Below are positions 39,001 to 48,000 of a stretch of DNA of 50,378 bases, in pieces. Every line of letters starts with the position of its first letter. Position 1 is the first letter of the stretch. Both the position numbers and the translations under genes were made by a program. Origin of the DNA: Elusimicrobiota bacterium (GTDB lineage: Bacteria > Elusimicrobiota > Elusimicrobia > F11); NCBI GenBank assembly GCA_043732015.1, contig JAYTIE010000261.1, positions 1 through 50,378 of the forward strand, in the 5' to 3' direction. The notes under the pieces were generated by a model. That model was given only the letters and a program-made list of their open reading frames with translations. It was not told the origin of the DNA and made no database searches.

Positions 39001-42000
39001 CCCTTGCTGGCGACCACGTTGAAACGTCCCGTGACGGGATCGCGGAAGTGATTGCTCTCCTGGCCGAAGCGGATGATATTCTGAGCGGCGTTGAGCCGTT
39101 CGCGAATCCCCGCGATGCGGGCCTCTACCATCAGCTGCCCCACGAGCGGGCCAAATGGCTGAATTGTCGGAATTCCGGAGATCGCTAGCTCCTGCTCGGT
39201 CGGGATCTCGGCTTTCTCCATCGCCTGGTTCAGCTTCGCGCGGTGGTCGGCCAGCCACCACAGGTCAATTCGAGCCTGCCGGTAGTCTTCCATCAGCTGC
39301 TTCTGACGGGGCGTTCCGAAAGTTTCTTTCTGAAGTTCAGTCCGGATTTCGCGGAGAACAGGATAGTCCTCATGGCGTTCACCTGTAACGGTTTCCGCCA
39401 GCCACGCGCGCCGAAGGCTGCTCGCGTAGTCGAGCAACTTCTGGCGGCCAACACCCTGCGCGAAGCGCGCCTCCAGTTCCATTTCGCGAATCAGATTTTC
39501 AGCCATCAACCGGTCGGCGGGATCGGTGAGCTGCTGAGCCCGCGGAGTCACCTTGCCCAGATAACCCGACGGCGCATCCACCGGTATTTCCATTACCATT
39601 CCGGAAACGCGGCCGAGCAGCACGAGCTGGCCCATCATCCGTTTTGTAGATGAAAAAGGAACTTCGCTCATTCCGGGGCTGGTCAAAATCTGGTTCCAAT
39701 TCTCGGGATTGGACCGAACCGAGGCGCCCTCCGGCGGAATAACGATCAGAAGGACGGTCCCTCCGGGAATAGGCGAAATTAAATACGCATACCCCTTGTC
39801 TCCGCGGAACCAGCGAATACCGGCGGCGACCTCAGTCTCGGTTGGCGCCCCAGTCCGGACGCGGTCATAGGGAACCTTGAACGCCATGGCCGGAAGAGAG
39901 TCGGCCCTCTGAAAACGTCGGCCTATTTCACCGTTCGGAAGAATTTCAACGCCGGCAAGAAATGTCTTCCGGCCATCAATGTCGTTCAGAAGTTCGCGCA
40001 CCGCGCGGCGCACCGACAGCGACTGGCGGGCGAGATCTTCCGCCTTCTCGAGTCGAAACGGCGTTCCCGAGCCATGTGCGAAGACGGCGGGCGTTCCGGC
40101 GACACGACCGGCCTCCTGCTGTGCCGCCCCTTTCAGACCGGCCCAGTCGATGAGACGTCCGGTGGTCGGGTCGACAGGCGCGGCGAGGTCGTGACCCTGA
40201 CGCAGCGCGAGAAGATAGGTCATCGCGGTACGCGCGGTTCCGTCTGGCGCCGAAAAATTCAGGAACGGAAGGGTGGATCCCACGGCCGGCTGCCAAGATG
40301 CGGCATCGAAACGATCCACCGCGCCGGTTTTGATCTGATAGGAATAGGCCATGCCGCGGCCCTTGGCTGCGGGCATCAGCGGAAGTGAAAAGAGAAGGCG
40401 AGTGAGCCGGTCGGCCCCGGTTCGTGCGTCCGCCGCTTCCCGTCTGAGGGCGTCCGCCTCCGCGTTCGTGGTGTTCTTTGCTTCGTTGTCCAGCCATGCG
40501 GCGCCCCATCGAAGACCATTGGTGCGGCTCACATACCAGTCGGCCACGATAAGATCCCGGGGTTGCGCCTGAAGATTCTGGATGAGCCGGCGAACTCGAA
40601 TGATTGCCTCGCTAACGGTGATTTGATCGACGCGCGCGAAGATCTCAACCAGTGCGTCCGGTCCCAGCTCGGATAGCGCCCACGGATCGAGGTCTTCAGC
40701 GTTCTGAAAGCCGGCCGAGTCCTTCGTCCCGGCCGTGAAACCGCGGCCGTCGTAGTGGGCGCTAACGAGGCGGCGGGCGGCCGCGGAATACGCATCCATA
40801 TATCTGTCCTCGCCGGTCGCCAACGCAAAAGACCGAACAAGACCGGTAAAGGTGATCTGGAACTCGCCGGTCGGCCCCTGGCGCGCCGTGCTGAACATCA
40901 GCTCCCCGGTTTCGGGATCCTGCATGTCGACGAGGAAATCCATCGCCGAACGGGCCATCGAAAAGAGTTCGGTGCGTTCTGCGCCCGGCTCCGAAAGCGC
41001 CCACAGCATCATCGCGGTCTTGGCCAGTTGAATGGTTTCTCCGGCGCGGACCTTCTGTTCGAACGCTCTGTGCATTTCGTACGGCTTTTTTCCGGGAACG
41101 ACGGGGCCGGGCGTGGCGAAGAAGGAAACGACAGGGCCGCCATCATGTTTGGGAATGCGGCGAACGAGCTGCAGGAATTCTTTTCGGGCTTCTTCAACCG
41201 ACTTGCCGCCGATCTGCTGGCGGCCGTTCAACGCCACGTCGAATGTCATCAGCACGTTCGCAGTATCTGCGTTTCCGAGCGTCGAGATGGGAACGGCACC
41301 CGCGTTCATCTTGTCGAGAGACGCCTGGAGCTCCTTGACGCGAGCCTGAACGATGGCGGAATCCAGATAGGCTTTCGGGAGCGTGGCATCAAGGGAGCCG
41401 AGTTCCAGGCGCCGCTGATCGATGGGAATTGCCGGGATGCCCGTGACGTAGGGAATTCCCTTCCGCGCCATGTCGGGATTTCCGATGGGAGGCGCGCGGG
41501 GAAGCGGAGCTGCCTGCTGAGCCGCCGGAGAAAACTCGTTCCGCAGCGACGAGAACGTCGGCAACTGGGGCATGAAGATCGTTCCCGTGATCGCGAGGAT
41601 GATTGCGGCGACGGTTTCCTTCCGCTGGCGATGCAGAACCCGGCTCACGGCCTGAACGACGGCAAATCCGAGCGGACGCCAGATGACCGAGGTGACGACG
41701 AACGCGGCGATGGCGCCTAAAACGGTGAAAGTGATGGTGGGAGCATTGGCGAGTCCAGCGGCCGTCAGCATCAGGGCCGCGGCGACGACGATCGTGTACC
41801 AGAACCGCGTCCGAATATCGAGACGCGGCGCAGTGAGAGGTGCGCCCGTATCGCTCCGCGCCGCCCGGTTCGAGCGAACGGCCCAACGGACCAGAAGTAA
41901 CGCGGAGAGAAAAATCGATGCCGCGATGAGGACCATCGTGACGACACCAACGCTCATGATGCCAAACGGAGAACTGGCACCCAGAGAGAAGAAGGCGAAT

Positions 42001-45000
42001 ACCGAGACATAGATTGCGGGAAGGACAAGACTTTCGCGTTGAGCGGAGGCAGGCTTCTTGGGGGCTTCGGTGATCGAGGCCGGCAGCGTTTTCTCCGCCC
42101 AGGCGCGGCCCAGAAGACTCGAGAGAAGATCCGCCATCGTGGCGTCTCGGCCCAACGAAACCCGGCTGGCCGCCGCGCGGGCCCGCGGCGTCACGGCGGA
42201 GCCAAGGAACGCGATTCCGGCTTCGCTCGTGAACCACAAATGTCCATCGGTCGATGAAATCCATGAAATCCCGACCGTGGACAACAACCAGTCCGTGCCA
42301 GCCGGTGTGCGGAGAATCCGCGAAAATTGGTCCGTGGACCGGAACGCTGCGGCGATCTCAGTTGTGGAGTAGGCCGCATCGGTCAACCAGGCCTGTCCGA
42401 ATTCCGACGACAGCCAACCCTGACCGAATGCCGAGGAGATGTAGGCCCGGAATAGCGGCGTTGCGCGGAATCCCGCGGCGTCATTTGATTCAATCCAGAG
42501 GCGACCGCTGTTCGTTGCCAGCCACTGAAATCCCTGGGGCGTTCCGAGCCAGATCTGTCCGGAAATTCCCGACAGCCATTGTCCACCATACCGGGACGAC
42601 AGGAAGGAGTTGGATTCCGCTGAGGCTAGAAAGATCTGTCCAAGACGGGTGTTGAGCCAGCCTTCTCCCGCAGTCAACAACCAGCGATGGCCCGCTTCGG
42701 TCTGCAGGAACCGGAGGCCCTCTCCTGTCGGGATCCAATTGTTCGACGGCATCGACAGCCAGGCGGCGCCCGCACGGGTCGCCAGCCAGTTGAAACCGGC
42801 GGGTGTTCCGAGCCAGATCCGGCCCGGCGCCGTCCTCAGCCACTCTCCGCCTATATAGGAGGAAAGGAACCGGCGGCCTGAGGCCGTTCCCAGGAAAACG
42901 ATGCCGCGATTGGACGCCAGATAAGCGGCTCCATCGGCGCTGCGAAGCCACCGCTCACCGCGTCGGGTGGAGAGCCAGCGCTGCCCCTCCGGACTATCGA
43001 GCAGGCGCGGATCTTTACGAAGACCGTCGCGACCTTCCCACGTCTCAAGATAGTCGAGACCGTATCGCGTTGAAAAATAGAAATGCATTTCCCGGTCACG
43101 AACCTGAGGCCGGGTGGTGGACGTCCGGGTGCGGGTACGGCGCGGCGCCGTCGGGCGCTCGACGGTGTCCGCCTCCGTCTTCATCACTTTCTCAGCCGCC
43201 TTTTTGGTCGCGGTCAACGCGACACCAAGAAGGCTCAACGCAGCGGCTCCGATCAGCGCGAGGCCGGACGTGGAGGATCCTTCCGTGTTGGATGCGGGCT
43301 GCGAATCCTCACTGTCGATGTTGCCCTCCACATTGATCCCAGCAGCGATTTCCGCGGCGTCTGACTCCGTGGCCGCATTGCCGTTCTTCTGGTCGGGAAC
43401 AAGCTGCAACGGACGGCGGTCTTCCGTTTTGTTGCCTTGTTTCTTGCGGGGATCCGTCGGAAAGATCCGGAAGTTTCCGGGAAGCGGAACGGCGTTTCCG
43501 TTCTTGTCGGTCAGCTTCACCGTGATCTTGTTGGTGCCCAAAACGATTTCGACGCGCACGTCGCCACCGGCGTTTTCGATGGTCTCCGTCCAGACCTGCT
43601 TGCCATTCGCGTCGAAGCCTGTGATCACGAGTTTCGTTCCCTGAGGAACGGCGCGGATGGTCGCGGCTTCCAGCGTGACGGGAACCCGTGCCTCGTAGGT
43701 ACCGGGCTGATTTTCCACAGGACGGAAGACAAGATCTCCGAACGCGCCCTCAGGCCCCTCATCGGGCGTTCCGGGTTTCTCGATGTCGAAGCTGTAGGGA
43801 ATGACGTATCCGAGGGACGGCTGCTCTCTGGGTTTTTCCTGGACAGGAGGGGTGCCGCTCTGCCCCGATGCGGGACTCGCGGTCTTGGGAGAAGGAGAAC
43901 CGCCGGGTTGAGGATAAGAGATGAGTTTGATGCGCACCCGGATACCGCTGAAGAGTTCTATATCCGCTTCGCCATTCCCGTAAAGTGTGCGCAGGCGACC
44001 GGGAAGATACTGGTCAATGAAAGTCTGGTAAGTCATCAGTTCCCACAGCACCAGGAACTCGTACATGGTTAGCGGCGTCGTCTGGGTGGCGGTGGGTTTG
44101 CTGACCGCGCTCGCGGACGGCCGGGTGCCGTTGAGATAGACGAAAGCCACATCGCCGACGAGGAGATCTGCCAGTCCTCCGGCGCTATTCAGACGGGTCA
44201 CGGAAAATTTGTCGAAGCGGCCGGACGGAACAGCGACTTCAAAGGTGCCGTTCGCGCCGGGAGCAGAAAGTTTTTCAGACACGACCTGGCCATTCAGCGT
44301 GAACCGGAATCGCAGGCTCTGGCCTTCCGGAACGGCGATGACCACGAAAAGACCGGAGCCGGCCTGTTCGTTCGTCAGCGGAACCGACAGCGTCGTGTTG
44401 TCCTCTGGAACCAGCGTCAGCCACGTTGTATTGCCCAACCCTTCAGTCGAGCCTGCGCCTTGCGAACTGGTGCCAACGCCCGGTCCGCTGTTGCCACGTC
44501 CGAAAACACTGGACGCGGCGACGGCCGTGACTACCACGGTGAGCGCGAGGGCAACCCGTTCGCGGTTGGTCATGGACGTCTTGCCGTCGCTGTAGACGGC
44601 TTCTCCCTGCGCCTCGGGCTTCGCGTCCTCGGGCGCAACACCTGGAATGGGGTTGCCGATCTGGGGCTGTTCTCCGGCGTCCTCGAGGTTTTGCTCAAGC
44701 GACTGCCTTTCGTCGGCGGCGCCCACTTTTTCACCAGCTTTCTTACCACCGTCTTTTGAGGCGCTTTTCGGAATTAGGATGAGCGTCTTGTCATCGGTAT
44801 CGACGCGCTTCTCATCCTTCATGATGATCACGCGAATTTTCTTGGGGAATATCTCGATCCTGAACTCGGTCCGGCCGGGGGCCTTCTCGATTTCCTGACG
44901 AAATATTTCCTTTCCGGCCGCATCGTAGCCGATGATGGTGAGGTCGGAGCCATTCGGGACGCCGACGAGCGTCCCACCGGTAAATTCTTTGGGAAGATCG

Positions 45001-48000
45001 AGTTCATACTCGCCGACGCCGACACGGTTAAGGACAAGTGCATTCTCCGGAACCACAAGGGGTCCGTCTTCGATGGCGCCCGGAGGCGCCACTTCCATCT
45101 CATAAAAAATCGGGAAGTTGAGATTATCCAGTGGCTTTCCGAAAGACGAAGCGCCCGCTGCGGCGTTGGCGAGCCCACCGCCTCCGGACGGACTTCCCGA
45201 CGTGGCACCGCCAACCGTGCCGAATCCCGTGGCGGGACCCTCCGGTAGAACAGCGACGACCGTCTTGGTTCCCCCTTTCGCCACGACCGTGCGACCGTCG
45301 CTCGTGAAGGTGAGGACATTCCGGGTCGTGGTTATAAGGTAGTTGGCGCTCAACGATTGTGAAACCAGCTCCTGCTTCTGGCTCGACTGGTCGCTCGCAA
45401 GGGCCTCGCGTCCGATCGCTTCGATGCGGAGAGGCTCATTCGAAACCACTCCGTCACGAACCGCGCTCACCTTGATGGATTTGACTCCCTCAAGGCGGAA
45501 GGAAAAATTATTGAGATCGCTAACATTGATCGTATCGGTCTGAAAAACGCTCCCGTCCTCCAGCGTCACAGTCAACTGCACCTGCGTGACATCGGGCGCG
45601 TTGACGATGCGAAGCTCCGCAGACGGGTTTGTGAAACTCGCTTTGAAAGCCGACGAGAAGGTGACGGTCCCCGAGTCGCTGAAAAACGATGTGACGGCCT
45701 CCGCCACCGCGGTCCCGGCCTGGCTGACGACGTCCATGGCCTTCGCACCGGACGGCACGGCGGTCCCCAGGGGACTGCTGGCCACAAGGACGTCATCCAG
45801 AAGGCTCTGGTCCAGGAACGTCATGTCGGGAGAAGCGAAACGCGCCGCCCCATGCCCGACAAAGATCGCGTAGCGCCCGATAAAGTTGGAGAGGGCGTCG
45901 GCGTTGGCGCCTTCGATGACGGCGGCGGCCAGAGGCGAGAGACTGGGCGCCACGGCGTCGGACAAAGCGTCGAGACTGGAGCGCGGCGCTTCCGATCCGT
46001 CTTTCGGGACAAGGAGGCGGAGGTTCTCGGCATCGGCTGGTTTTCCGCCTGACTCAATTTCAATTTTCAGCTTGTTGGCGGTAACGTCTTTTTCAATGAC
46101 CAGGTCCCCGCCGCGCCCGGAATTCACACGGGAACGGGAAATCTCAGTGTCGTTCAGCATCTGAATGACGATGACACGCACATTCGCCGGAACGCCCGCG
46201 ACAACGATGCCCTTGGCAGCGAACGGAACCCTCGCTTCATACTGGCCCTCGGCCGCTCGACGAAGCTCAACCTGATCGAAACCTTTATCGGACGGTGGCG
46301 CGACATCCATATCAACATTGACGGGAATCTCAATGGCCCCGATCTGCCGGGCCTTCGGCAGTCCATAAACAACTTTTCCCGGAAGTCCGGTGGGCGGATT
46401 GAGCGTGCTGTAGCCTCTCGTTTCACAGATATCCCGCCACCACTGAGGCGCCTGCTCATAGGGAATTACGCGGCCCGGGCTGCTGTCGACCTCCTGATAA
46501 TAAATGGGGATGTGTTCCTGCCCGGGGAGGATGACGTCTTCAACCGCCCTGGTTGCAATCGGAAATTGAATGGGCATGACGATCATGTCTGCCAGGTGGA
46601 GATCGCGCAGACCAAGCCCGGCGGACGCCAGTACACTATCGACCTGACGAACGTTGAATGGAACATCGGTGCGCGAACCGGCGATGAAAGGTGTGGTCAA
46701 TGGATTTGAAATTACGTCTCCCAGCATTTCATCGAGATTGCTGCCGAGGAGATCGGTATTGAAAAAATAAGCGCCTTTCGACCCCAGCACACTCATGCTC
46801 ATGGGCTGAGGGCGCCGCTGTTCGCTGGGCGGCGCTACTTCTCCCGTTCCAACCCGGATCGAGGGAGAGAGGCCGTCAACGCGCTGGCCACCTCGGGTCA
46901 CGGACAAAATTATTTCCGCCGTTCCTTCCGCAAATCGCGGAAGAAGCACTTCCCCGTTGACCACCCTTGCTTGATAGCGGAGCGACTCGCGTCCCGCAGC
47001 GTCCTTGCCAATGACCGCCACCTCGGTGCCGTTCGGAAGACCGGTGATGGTTCCATTGGTCACGGCCGGCGGAATGCGGGCTCTCAGCACCGCACCGCGC
47101 ACGGCATCGTCCGCCAGGCCGACGCGTTCAAAGGCAATAACATCCCCCTCGTTCGCACGCGCTTCATCCACCTTGAGCGTTTCACCGGGAGCGGTGATTG
47201 CCAACGGCGCCGTTTTGGGGAGCTCTTTCTGGGAAATCGAACCCGCGTTCCCTCCGGTGTCGAATCTCGGCCCCGGCTTTCTGATTTTTAATCGGGTGGT
47301 GTCGAAAACGCGGGGATCATGGAGAGCAGGTGTTTCTTCTTCCGCCGGCTGGTTCTTGAATGGCGATTCGTTCTGCGGCGGCACGGTTTTCTCGGAGGTG
47401 GTACCAAAAAGAATCACGGGCGGCTGTGACAGCGGCGTCGCAGGCCGGATCTCGATCCGGTCCGCTCCGGCGGCGATGGGGACGGTAATGGAATTGGAAG
47501 CGTCCGCTTTCACCGGAACGGGGTCTCGCAACCAGCGGCCGTTCGAAATCTGAACAACTTCCACGTTGGTGCCCTGCGGAATTCCCGTGATGACCGCCTG
47601 ATTGGTATTCGGCGTCACACCCGCAAAATAGACCCCGGGAACCGACTGGCCCATGACCTGGCCTTCCGATACCGGCAGACCGACGTTGTTGAGTGGAATG
47701 GGATCAAAAAAGGGCGATCCCCGGTGCACCGGCGTCGCATTAAATCCGGACATATCGACGCCTACGAAAATCAAGTCATTCGCCCATTCGTTCACCCAGG
47801 TGCCGAGCCCCAGCGCGTGCTCCTGGCTGAGCGCCGAATTCACGGCGACGGTACCCATGTTGTAGCCCGACACAATGGGAACGCTTCCCGACGCGGCGTC
47901 GTGCAAAAGATCCGTCGCTTCGACGACGATCGCGGGAGTCAAATCGTGAGAGACGCCGACGTGAGGCAGCATCATGGAAGAAGGAAGGTCCCGGCTTTCA

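Noticed and set aside
42200-42990. RTX-type calcium-binding nonapeptide repeats, or a DNA-level tandem repeat or assembly artefact
   Set aside because: The 9-mers lack the GGxGxD signature, so they are not RTX. The nucleotide sequence of successive units is highly diverged, so this is an old protein-level repeat and not a recent tandem duplication or a collapse-prone assembly repeat.
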